A DNA stretch of 40,408 nucleotides from a virus (taxonomy: Duplodnaviria > Caudoviricetes), in the IMG/VR virus record IMGVR_UViG_3300048769_000033, positions 1 through 40,408 of that record, one strand, 5' to 3'. Below are positions 8,756 through 16,691 of this stretch, one piece after another (position 1 is the first letter of the stretch; each line of letters begins with the position of its first letter). A model generated the notes under the pieces. The model made no database searches. It saw nothing but the letters and a program-made list of their open reading frames with translations, and was not told the origin of the DNA. The position numbers and the translations under genes were made by a program.

Positions 8756-9618
8756 ATGAAGAAAATTTCGATCATCTTTTTGCTGTCTCTTGCCGCTCCA
8801 CTGTTTGCTCAGTTGGACGCGACAAAGTGGTACGCCACTGACAATGTAATCACAGGGGCTGCGCCATCCTGCGAGTTTGCTTCAAATGTCACGGTGAACG
8901 GTGGTGACTTGAATATCGCTTTCACTGACGGCACTTACACGTGTGCGGGAGGTTCTTCGAGCTACGGCACAGGACTGATTGTTAGTGCTCCGTTTTCATT
9001 TCAATATGGAAAGGCGGTGGCACGCATCCAGTTTGGGGCCAACAATCATTGGCTATATTCCGCATTCTGGCTCGAGGGTGGTCTGGCAGGGTCGAGTGGC
9101 TATCCTCCAACATGCATTGCGCACTGCGAGCCGGAGGATACCCAGTGATGGATGCTTGTACTGGGTCCGCACAGACCACCACAGAGATTGACATTGCGGA
9201 ATGCGTGGGGACGAGTTCTTTAAAAAACAATTTGATTCTATGGCAGAACGGGAGTGTTATCAATGCATGGGTTATGTACACATCTCTTAACGGCAACGCT
9301 TCCGACAGTTTTCATATCTATGAATTGGATTGGTACCCAACTCTCCTGGTATTCAAAATGGATGGACAAATAACGAATACCATCGCGCAGTCTGTACAGG
9401 TTCCCATGTTTCTCCTATTTGATGATGAGGCTAGAACTCTTCCCACGGGACTCCCTACGGCTCTTACCGTGGACTGGGTGCGGGTGTGCAGCGATCCGAA
9501 TGCAGCCTGCAACCCCGGCGATTCAACGATGATTTTTGATGATGAGTTCAATGTTGGCGTTGTGCCTATTTCAACCAGCAATCAGGGCGAGAAAAAGCAA
9601 GGGCAAAAAGCGCAGTAG
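8756..9618 (+). pseudogene. Secreted GH16 glycoside hydrolase split by a frameshift near 9120 (pseudogene or sequencing error)
   Basis: First frame: signal MKKISIIFLLSLAAPLFA-Q, LDATKW, FQYGKAVARIQ, SAFWL; second frame: catalytic EIDIAE (9184-9201), FHIYELDW, VDWVRV. Confidence 0.8.
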
Positions 9619-9686
9619 CGGACATTACTCGGCGAGGATCCAGTAATCGGGAGCCGGGGTTGTAGAGTACGAATTCAGGAGCGGAA

Positions 9687-10229
9687 ATGACTGAACGGCG
9701 GGCGGATCAGAGAGCGACTTATGATGCCATGCTTGAATTAGCCAGGGAAAGCCAAGAACTCGCCAAAAAAACACACGATGAAATCGTGGAACTGAAAGGA
9801 GACTTGGTCACAAAAGTGGAGACTCTTTGGTCTGACATGTACAACGGCGGAAAAGAGGGTGTCAAGACGCAATTGACGCAACTAGTGACCAAATTGGATC
9901 AGCGTGATCTAAATCAGGAAAAGAATGACAAAGAGCGCGAAAAGAGACAGGCCCGCCGCGACACGCGCACAAACTTCATTCTTGTGATTATCGGCCTGAT
10001 TATTGCGCTGATTGGAGCGCTTCATGAGCTGCCTCCAGCGGTCGATTCGCTAAAAAAGTTTTTGAACGGAGGAATCCATTACCCACACTTATTTCACGGA
10101 AATAACGATGGTTCAAGGTATACTGGTCGCATGAACAGACAGCCCGAATCTTCTGTTCTACCTGACAGTGAAGTTCGCAACGCCTTAACAGTCAACTCCC
10201 AGGGGGAGCAAACTCAAGACATTTTCTAA
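9687..10229 (+). CDS. Coiled-coil plus single-TM membrane protein (possible holin/XhlA-like)
   Basis: AGGAG RBS; TM FILVIIGLIIALIGAL preceded by basic residues; lies in the lysis region. Confidence 0.7.
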   Translation: MTERRADQRATYDAMLELARESQELAKKTHDEIVELKGDLVTKVETLWSDMYNGGKEGVKTQLTQLVTKLDQRDLNQEKNDKEREKRQARRDTRTNFILVIIGLIIALIGALHELPPAVDSLKKFLNGGIHYPHLFHGNNDGSRYTGRMNRQPESSVLPDSEVRNALTVNSQGEQTQDIF

Positions 10230-10238
10230 GGAGAAACC

Positions 10239-10424
10239 GTGGAAGATGAAATCGTAGTTCAGCCCGAGGATCGACCGAAACCACCGCCGCCTATTCCTTG
10301 CGTAACAGATGCCTCTGCCGAACCCGTTGAACGCCTCGTCAAGTGCGATAAGTGCGGCTGGTTTCATACACTAGTCGATGATGTAGGCGAAGCCATCGGC
10401 GAAGCGTTTGAAAACCGTCAGTAG
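10239..10424 (+). CDS. Small hypothetical protein with CxxC
   Basis: AAGGAG RBS, GTG start; KCDKCGWFH. Confidence 0.6.
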   Translation: MEDEIVVQPEDRPKPPPPIPCVTDASAEPVERLVKCDKCGWFHTLVDDVGEAIGEAFENRQ

Positions 10425-10437
10425 GGAGGGGTGCGGC

Positions 10438-10569
10438 ATGAAAATCATTCACTGGCTCCGCAAATTGTTTGTGTGCCGGGAATGCGGCGGTAGCCGGGGA
10501 TTTAACACAAGCGCTGGATGGGTGCCATGTTGGCGATGTATCCGGAGCGGAAAGGCGAAAGCGCGATGA
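10438..10569 (+). CDS. 43-aa Zn-finger-like peptide (MKIIHWLRKLFVCRECGGSRGFNTSAGWVPCWRCIRSGKAKAR)
   Basis: Not in the ORF track (under 60 aa); GGAGG RBS at 10425-10429, two CxxC pairs, ATGA overlap with the next gene. Confidence 0.6.
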   Translation: MKIIHWLRKLFVCRECGGSRGFNTSAGWVPCWRCIRSGKAKAR

Positions 10570-11396
10570 ATGTTTTCAAAGTCTTCACCATAATTGGCGA
10601 CTATAACAAACTGACCTCAATCAACAAGGAGAAGGGAAGCATCATGAACAAACTACCACAGTATCTTACACTCGTAGTCAGTCTGACCGGAACGCTCGGC
10701 GTTCCAGCCCTGGCACAAAACTGGCTGGCGCAACCTGCTCATCAAGTGATTTATACCGGTCTTGTGGCAGCCGCGCTGATTCTCCACGCCATTTTCCCGT
10801 CGATCTTTGGCGCGTCCAGTGATGCGGCCAAGACGTCGGCTGGACTGAATAAAGCAGGAATGATCCTGCTGATTCTCGGTACAGGATTGTTCCTGATGCC
10901 TATGAATGTCTACGCGCAGACGACTACCACAACGACCAGCGCGAGCAATGGTTTCGTGGCAGACTCATCGGTTGTCGCATTGCATTACGATGGGGTTTGG
11001 AGTGCGGGAACTCATGTGACTGAATCATACGACTTCTACGATTTTGGGACGAAGAAAGCGAATCACGTCTATATTGTCGGCCATGAGCTTCTAGCTCCTA
11101 CACCTGGCTTCAGCGTCTACGCCGGAGGTGTGGCTATCGAACCAAACTTGGCTACGCTTTTCAAAAAGTTCAACGTTCCAGCGGATACCTTCTCTGCGCA
11201 GTTTGATGCAGCTTTAGGGAACGGGGTGCCGTCATCTGGCGGTTCGCATATTTCTGCGCTGGCCGGTGGACTGATCAAATACAGAGCAACCAGTCAGCTA
11301 TCGTGGAACGCATTGGAAGTCCAGTGGGTACGGTACGGATCGAACAACGGCGCTGCAATCTCAACTGGGTTGAGCTTCATCTTTGGCGGTAAGTAA
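10566..11396 (+). CDS. Holin-like two-TM domain fused through an internal signal peptide to a putative outer-membrane beta-barrel
   Basis: TMs YLTLVVSLTGTLGVPAL and VIYTGLVAAALILHAIF; internal KAGMILLILGTGLFLMPMNVYA-Q; amphipathic strands ending AISTGLSFIF-GGK; second possible start at ATG 10644. Confidence 0.7.
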   Translation: MNVFKVFTIIGDYNKLTSINKEKGSIMNKLPQYLTLVVSLTGTLGVPALAQNWLAQPAHQVIYTGLVAAALILHAIFPSIFGASSDAAKTSAGLNKAGMILLILGTGLFLMPMNVYAQTTTTTTSASNGFVADSSVVALHYDGVWSAGTHVTESYDFYDFGTKKANHVYIVGHELLAPTPGFSVYAGGVAIEPNLATLFKKFNVPADTFSAQFDAALGNGVPSSGGSHISALAGGLIKYRATSQLSWNALEVQWVRYGSNNGAAISTGLSFIFGGK

Positions 11397-11401
11397 GAAA
11401 A

Positions 11402-11545
11402 TTTGTGCGGGAAACCAACACGAGTGTATGCGCTCAAATCATCGAGAGAGGCGGCTATGAGGCCCGCACAAACCAGCTTCCCGCCTCCAGAGCGGGAAGA
11501 ACCAAAACAACTCGGGCCGACTTGGCAAAGATCGGCCCTTTCTTT
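11402..11545 (+). promoter_or_regulatory. Structured intergenic RNA ending in a terminator-like hairpin upstream of the lysin gene
   Basis: Stems 11402-11411/11463-11472 (10 bp) and 11477-11484/11492-11499 (8 bp), then GGGCCGA-CTT-GGCA-AAG-A-TCGGCCC followed by TTTCTTT. Confidence 0.6.
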
Positions 11546-11557
11546 GCGAGGTAAGAC

Positions 11558-11923
11558 ATGTGGACATATTCGCAATCGACGGGAAAACTGCTCCACGATG
11601 GCGCACTAGTCGGAATCGGCTACAGCGGACACGACAGCAGCCTTAATTGCCCCGACGCCGAAGCACTGTACGGCCTGGGGCCGATTCCGAGGGGTGAGTG
11701 GACCATTGGGTCCTTCTTTGACGATCCGGGCGGCAAGGGTCCGATCGTGGCTCATCTAACACCGGTCGCTGGTACAGAGACGTTTGGACGCTCTGGATTC
11801 ATGATCCATGGCGACAACGGATCCGCAAACCATTCAGCATCTCACGGTTGCATCATCCTCTCTCGCCCTTACCGCATCGCCATTAGAGACAGCGGAGACA
11901 AGTCGATCATCGTCACAGAGTAG
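11558..11923 (+). CDS. Tlde1/DUF2778-family L,D-transpeptidase-fold peptidoglycan enzyme (putative endolysin)
   Basis: MWTYSQSTG start, GYSG, GPIPRGEW, GRSGFMIHGD...ASHGCI (catalytic His...SxGC); GAGG RBS. Confidence 0.88.
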   Translation: MWTYSQSTGKLLHDGALVGIGYSGHDSSLNCPDAEALYGLGPIPRGEWTIGSFFDDPGGKGPIVAHLTPVAGTETFGRSGFMIHGDNGSANHSASHGCIILSRPYRIAIRDSGDKSIIVTE

Positions 11924-11933
11924 AGGTCATTCC

Positions 11934-12134
11934 ATGGGGAAACACGTAACATGGACGCCTGAAAATCTTCGCCTGCATCTGACAGCTTTGATCGATCGCG
12001 ACAATCAGGCTCATCGGGAAGCAGTTCGAATCGCTCTTGAGGCTGTGAAGGATCGCCAGAACTTGATGATCACGCTTTGCTTTCTCGGCGCCGCGCTGGT
12101 CTCACTGGCTGTCAACCTATTTGCAAGGCACTGA
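11934..12134 (+). CDS. Small protein with C-terminal TM helix
   Basis: GAGG RBS, ATG 11934; LMITLCFLGAALVSLAVNLF. Confidence 0.65.
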   Translation: MGKHVTWTPENLRLHLTALIDRDNQAHREAVRIALEAVKDRQNLMITLCFLGAALVSLAVNLFARH

Positions 12135-12183
12135 ATTCGCGGGCGTGTCGACGCGAAAGAAGGAACAAGGAACGCCAGAGCAT

Positions 12184-12213
12184 GAAGGCCCTCGAAAGGG
12201 GGCCTTTCATTTT
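12184..12213 (+). terminator. Intrinsic terminator after the lysis genes
   Basis: GAAGGCCCTC-GAAA-GGGGGCCTTT stem with GNRA loop, then CATTTT. Confidence 0.7.
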
Positions 12214-12234
12214 GAGTTGAGAAGGAGATAGCCT

Positions 12235-12480
12235 ATGTCCACGAAGGCCATGTTTGCCAAAAAGAAGGACGATAAATCCGAGAAGCCCTCTACTGGTGGA
12301 AATACCACCACTGGCGGATCGCCCACAAAGACCTCGACGGTGGCGACAAAGAACGCTACGGCTACGGCTACCGCGACGAGCAACGGAAAGGCCCCGGCTA
12401 CTGCTACCGCAACGGCCACGCCGCACAGCAAGTCGAAGCGCCCAGGCGAGCGCATCTTTGGCAAGAAAGCAGGTAGCTAA
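12235..12480 (+). CDS. Small basic low-complexity protein (K-rich ends, Thr-Ala repeats)
   Basis: GAAGGAG RBS; next ATG directly follows the stop. Confidence 0.7.
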   Translation: MSTKAMFAKKKDDKSEKPSTGGNTTTGGSPTKTSTVATKNATATATATSNGKAPATATATATPHSKSKRPGERIFGKKAGS

Positions 12481-12927
12481 ATGAGCGCACCTGGATACGC
12501 TGGAAGTCAGTACATCCTCAACATCAACGGCAGCGGTGGGGCGTTCGTTCCCATTATTGCCAAGTCCACCGTGCGGCGCCTGATTGTGAGAGAGAGCACT
12601 ATCACATCCGCCGGCGTTGCCAACACACTCCAGGGCTTGCTTCAGTACAAAGTTCCCAACGACAACACAGCCAATGGATTCACCACGATCTTTTCTGAGG
12701 CTGGCGCTAACACAATCGCTGCTCAGGGGAACGTGGTCGAGGCTGAGATAACTCTCGGTGGTGATCGCACACAGCATATGGAGATGGGCGAGATTATCGG
12801 ACAACTCGCGCAGCCGATTGTTGGATTGCCGGCGGCACAGCAGGCGGCAGCAGCCGCAACAACCATGATGCAGATCCGGTCTGGAACGGCGACCGGAACG
12901 AGCGTAACAGTCATCGAGTACAACTAA
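12481..12927 (+). CDS. Hypothetical beta-rich protein, possibly virion-associated
   Basis: 148-aa ORF coupled to both neighbours. Confidence 0.75.
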   Translation: MSAPGYAGSQYILNINGSGGAFVPIIAKSTVRRLIVRESTITSAGVANTLQGLLQYKVPNDNTANGFTTIFSEAGANTIAAQGNVVEAEITLGGDRTQHMEMGEIIGQLAQPIVGLPAAQQAAAAATTMMQIRSGTATGTSVTVIEYN

Positions 12928-12928
12928 C

Positions 12929-13129
12929 ATGGCCGAATCGAGCTGGATCCACCACATCGAGCATGAGGAGCCCGACACGCTCCACGTTCACACGCACACC
13001 GGGAAGCACTACACCCACCCCGGCGTGTCGAAGGAGAAGTTTGAGGCGATGCATAAGTCTGGCAGCCTCGGCGGATTCTTCAACCAGCACATCCGGAAGC
13101 AGCACCTCGGTAAGGAAATCCATAAATGA
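12929..13129 (+). CDS. KTSC-domain protein, His-rich
   Basis: SSxI...L.V....G..Y...GV....F......S.G.FFN..IR pattern of KTSC. Confidence 0.75.
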   Translation: MAESSWIHHIEHEEPDTLHVHTHTGKHYTHPGVSKEKFEAMHKSGSLGGFFNQHIRKQHLGKEIHK

Positions 13130-13452
13130 ATTTCCCTTTTGTTTCCCGCGAACGCTTCGACGAAGAACGAGCCAGAGCGCAGAAGGCGGAAGATGCGCTC
13201 GAAGCGTTGCGGGTCAAGTTCCTCGACTATCTGGAGCGTCACCCGGCGGCATTGCCGGTCATCGGCGAGGATACGGACCTTGGGAAGATCCAACCGATTG
13301 CGGGACGACCGACAATCGCCAACGTGATCAGTTTTGCAAACCAGAGCGCCTTTGCCGCCGCGCAAGTTCCTGGCGCCAAGGGAGCAGCGGCACAACTTGA
13401 TGAGGCGCGTCTAAAGCTCATGCGCGTAAAGAGGGAAGCGAATGGCGGCTAG
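13126..13452 (+). CDS. Hypothetical protein
   Basis: 108 aa, overlaps the KTSC stop and the portal start. Confidence 0.7.
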   Translation: MNFPFVSRERFDEERARAQKAEDALEALRVKFLDYLERHPAALPVIGEDTDLGKIQPIAGRPTIANVISFANQSAFAAAQVPGAKGAAAQLDEARLKLMRVKREANGG

Positions 13453-16033
13453 TCCTCCAGTTCTGACGATGCAATCCGGCGCAATGCCACCAGATCAAGG
13501 GCAGCAAGGTCAAGTACCCTCAACCAATGTCGAGTATGGCCCTCAGAATCCTATGCACGGAGATCAGGAGCAACTGGAACGTATGTGTGGACTGACCAGA
13601 GAAGAGGGTCAGCGCATCGTTGCTGAGATCGTCCAGCCATTCCGGACCCAGTGGGCCACCGACCGCATCATGAAGATGCCGAACTGGCTCAAGAACACTG
13701 AGTACGATAAGGGCAAGCAGATTCTAGGCTGGGACCCAATCAGTCGAACCTACTTCGATGCCGTCGCTTGGTATCGCCAGAACAACCAAGAGTCTGATTA
13801 CAGCTATCTTGAGAAGTACGTCAACAACATCACCCAGACTTGCCGACGCAACTTCGCCGCGGCCGTAGCGCGCGCCGTTCCGCCCGTCGTCGTCCGCCCT
13901 GAGAACGCCGAGAACCTCTCAGATATGGCCACGGCTAAGGCTGCCCAGGAAGCCATCTCGATCATTGAGGAGGCCAATGCGGTCAAGGGACTGCTCGGGC
14001 TGGAGTCGCAATATCTCTTCCTCTATGGCGTCTACTTCAAGTGGACCCGATTCGTCATCGATGGGACGTGGGTCGGCTACAAGGACGTTCCGCAATATGG
14101 CGAGGTCAATGCTCAGCTCTCCAAAGATCATTTTCATTGCACGAGTTGTGGGCAAGACTCTTCTGAAACGGAAATGGCGCAATCTGGCGGGATGAACTGT
14201 GTGCACTGCGGCGCGCAGCTCAGCCCCCAAGACTTCCAGCCGGGCGAGACAACCTCAGTCATAGGCCAGACTGGAACGAAGAAGAAGCCGAACGGACTGC
14301 CAAAATGGTCTATCTATTCTCCGCTCCAGGTCGATACCGACCCCACCAAAGAGTTTCTTGCCGATGTTCCTCTCTTGGCGCTTGAGTGGGAATGTGATGC
14401 CTCGGACATTCGCGCGACATTCCACGACATGGCCGATGAGATCACCGAGGGTGTCGAGAGCGCGACAAACGACAACGCAAGTTATGAGCGGCTGGTCCGC
14501 ACGATGGTTTTCTCGTCGTCGTTCTCAGTCACGGCCGATATCTTCGCGGCGCGCGGAACATACTCTCTTGTCTGGGTCCAGCCAAATTCCTACTACCGCA
14601 TCGCCGCGGACAAGCCTTTCGTCCAGAAGTTGCAGCAGTTGTTTCCCTATGGTCTGAAGTTGAGCATGTGGGGACCGGTGATCCTCAACATCGAGCCGGC
14701 AGTCCTCATCAAAGAGTGGTCGGCCTGCAAACTGCACCATGGCTATGGCCTGTATCCGCCGAGCGTGGCCGATAACGTCGTTCCGTTCAATGAGCGGTTC
14801 AACGCTATCAACAATATCCTCGACGACTACATGGAGCGTTGCTCGACCGGAATCACGCTGGTTGACCCGCGACGCATTGATATTCGAGAGATGAGCGGGA
14901 AGCCGCTGACCGGAGGGGTACTGAACCCCACACCGTCAGTCGGTGAGGGAGTCACCCAGCCGCTGTCGAATTCCATCTACCACTTCCAATTCCAGATGGA
15001 CCCAGGCCTATTCAATTACCTCGATCGCCTCTGGAACTATTGCCAGATCATCTCCGGCATTCCGCCCCAGGTATCCGGCACCGGAACAACGCCGGGCGTT
15101 GAGACGGGCACGGGTCAAAAGCAGATGCTCGATCAGGCAATGGGACCGCTGGGCGACATCTACGACTCAATCAAGGACGAGCACGCCGCCGCCGGTCAAA
15201 ATGCTATCGAGTGCCTCCAGGTCAACATGAAGTACACCGGATCTCTCTGGCAGGTGATCGAGGAGAACGGAAGCGAGTTCCGCAACAACTACGTCCACCT
15301 TGACGAGATGCAGGGCAGGGTGAGGGTCAAGTCCAACACAGATGAAGGCCTACCGAGGAGTCCCGAGCAGAAACGCCAGTGGTGCGAAACGATCATGGAG
15401 ATGGCCGAGAAGCAGAATCCGGCCGCTCTGGCATGGCTCGACGAGACCGCCAACCAGCAACTTCTCAACGACTACTGGGGCCTGCCGGGCTCGGTCGCTC
15501 CTGGCGCGGCGCAGCGGTCCAAGACGCTTCAGGACATTCGCAGGCTGCTCCAGACGCCGCCCACGCCAAAGATTGGCCCGAACGGGATGCAGATGACCGA
15601 TCCCGACGACGGTACTCCGATGTTCTCGCCGTCGATCGCGCCGAACAAATGGGTCGAGGATTACACCATCCTGTTGCCGACCATCGACCAGTTCTGCGCT
15701 GAGAATTGCGATGTGAAGCAGCAAAATCCGCTCGGATGGCAGAACGTGATTGCGTTCAAGCGACTGGCTCTGGATTATCAATCGCAGGTTCAGGGCTATA
15801 TGGCTAAGCTCAAGATGCAGGCCCAGAAGGAAGGACAGCCTCCACCGCCGACGCCGAACCCAACCGTTCAGCAGATGGAGGCCGCCGCTTTTCAGGATGC
15901 CATGACAGGACTCAGCAACCTCACGCGGCAGAGTTCCATGCCGCCCCTCGGTCCAAGTGGATCGATCGCCGGACAGGTCAGCGCGGGAAAAGAGTTGGTT
16001 GACAAAGTTGCGAAGTTTCTAGCACCGCAATAA
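13442..16033 (+). CDS. Portal protein (P22-like, with Zn-ribbon insertion)
   Basis: 863 aa upstream of scaffold/MCP; NNI...PPVVVRP...D..TAKAA, ISGI....SG......TG, C-terminal Q/P-rich helical barrel; CTSC...CVHC insert. Confidence 0.8.
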   Translation: MAASPPVLTMQSGAMPPDQGQQGQVPSTNVEYGPQNPMHGDQEQLERMCGLTREEGQRIVAEIVQPFRTQWATDRIMKMPNWLKNTEYDKGKQILGWDPISRTYFDAVAWYRQNNQESDYSYLEKYVNNITQTCRRNFAAAVARAVPPVVVRPENAENLSDMATAKAAQEAISIIEEANAVKGLLGLESQYLFLYGVYFKWTRFVIDGTWVGYKDVPQYGEVNAQLSKDHFHCTSCGQDSSETEMAQSGGMNCVHCGAQLSPQDFQPGETTSVIGQTGTKKKPNGLPKWSIYSPLQVDTDPTKEFLADVPLLALEWECDASDIRATFHDMADEITEGVESATNDNASYERLVRTMVFSSSFSVTADIFAARGTYSLVWVQPNSYYRIAADKPFVQKLQQLFPYGLKLSMWGPVILNIEPAVLIKEWSACKLHHGYGLYPPSVADNVVPFNERFNAINNILDDYMERCSTGITLVDPRRIDIREMSGKPLTGGVLNPTPSVGEGVTQPLSNSIYHFQFQMDPGLFNYLDRLWNYCQIISGIPPQVSGTGTTPGVETGTGQKQMLDQAMGPLGDIYDSIKDEHAAAGQNAIECLQVNMKYTGSLWQVIEENGSEFRNNYVHLDEMQGRVRVKSNTDEGLPRSPEQKRQWCETIMEMAEKQNPAALAWLDETANQQLLNDYWGLPGSVAPGAAQRSKTLQDIRRLLQTPPTPKIGPNGMQMTDPDDGTPMFSPSIAPNKWVEDYTILLPTIDQFCAENCDVKQQNPLGWQNVIAFKRLALDYQSQVQGYMAKLKMQAQKEGQPPPPTPNPTVQQMEAAAFQDAMTGLSNLTRQSSMPPLGPSGSIAGQVSAGKELVDKVAKFLAPQ

Positions 16034-16044
16034 GGAGAATCACC

Positions 16045-16536
16045 ATGTCTCATGTCTACAATGACAGCGTCGTCTACATCCGGAACGGCAAGCCCATTCC
16101 GGCAATCGTGCTCTCGTCGCTCCAGTCCGAGCGCGGCGAGCTGCTCACCGTCCTCTACGCGCAGCCCGACATTGGCCCCACGCTGCTCGCCCAGGGCACC
16201 ACGCGCGGCATTGCGCAGGTCCAGCAGGCGGTTGCGCCATTCAAAGAGGGCAACACATTCGGGTGGTATGACGAAGTAGTTGCAGTTCCGCAGAAAACGA
16301 TCTCCGCCCCCGAGCAGCTCGACGAGGCCCAAGGCCCGGTCACACCCGGCGATCCTGAGTCGCCGCACGCGATTCCCGGCGGAGTCGAGTCCGACGCTCC
16401 CGCGCACGAGATCAAAACATACTCGGACGGCACTGTGGTCAGCGGCCCCGGCCCGATGCCGGAACTTTCCCCCGCGCAGCAAGACGCCGCAGAATTGGTC
16501 CAGATCAAAGCAGAGCAGAATCAACCGGATGCGTAG
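16045..16536 (+). CDS. Hypothetical protein
   Basis: AAGGAG RBS; 163 aa with acidic, Pro-rich C-terminus. Confidence 0.75.
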   Translation: MSHVYNDSVVYIRNGKPIPAIVLSSLQSERGELLTVLYAQPDIGPTLLAQGTTRGIAQVQQAVAPFKEGNTFGWYDEVVAVPQKTISAPEQLDEAQGPVTPGDPESPHAIPGGVESDAPAHEIKTYSDGTVVSGPGPMPELSPAQQDAAELVQIKAEQNQPDA

Positions 16537-16607
16537 AAAGTGGACCAGACTATCGAGAACGATCAGAAATAGTCCACTCTCTGATTGCATCTGAAAGTGA
16601 ACAGTGC

Positions 16608-16638
16608 AGGGTCGCCCTTACCGGCGGCCCTTTCTATT
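16608..16638 (+). terminator. Putative terminator hairpin
   Basis: AGGGTCGCC-CTTACC-GGCGGCCCT followed by TTCTATT. Confidence 0.5.
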
Positions 16639-16691
16639 GGCCCACAATCTGACGGTCCAAGTGATCGCAGTCTTTTGAAGGAGCAGCACCC

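Noticed and set aside
9100-9150. Programmed -1 ribosomal frameshift or phase-variable tract in GH16
   Set aside because: No X XXY YYZ heptamer or homopolymer in the overlap
12340-12425. Short ACGGCT/ACCGC-type tandem repeats
   Set aside because: They encode Thr-Ala runs; degenerate, not a CRISPR array or iteron set
12112-12978. 288-aa minus-strand ORF
   Set aside because: Overlaps three coupled plus-strand genes and a terminator
16539-16578. AGTGGAC/GTCCACT inverted repeat as an ncRNA
   Set aside because: Only 7 bp with a long loop; not enough support without covariation
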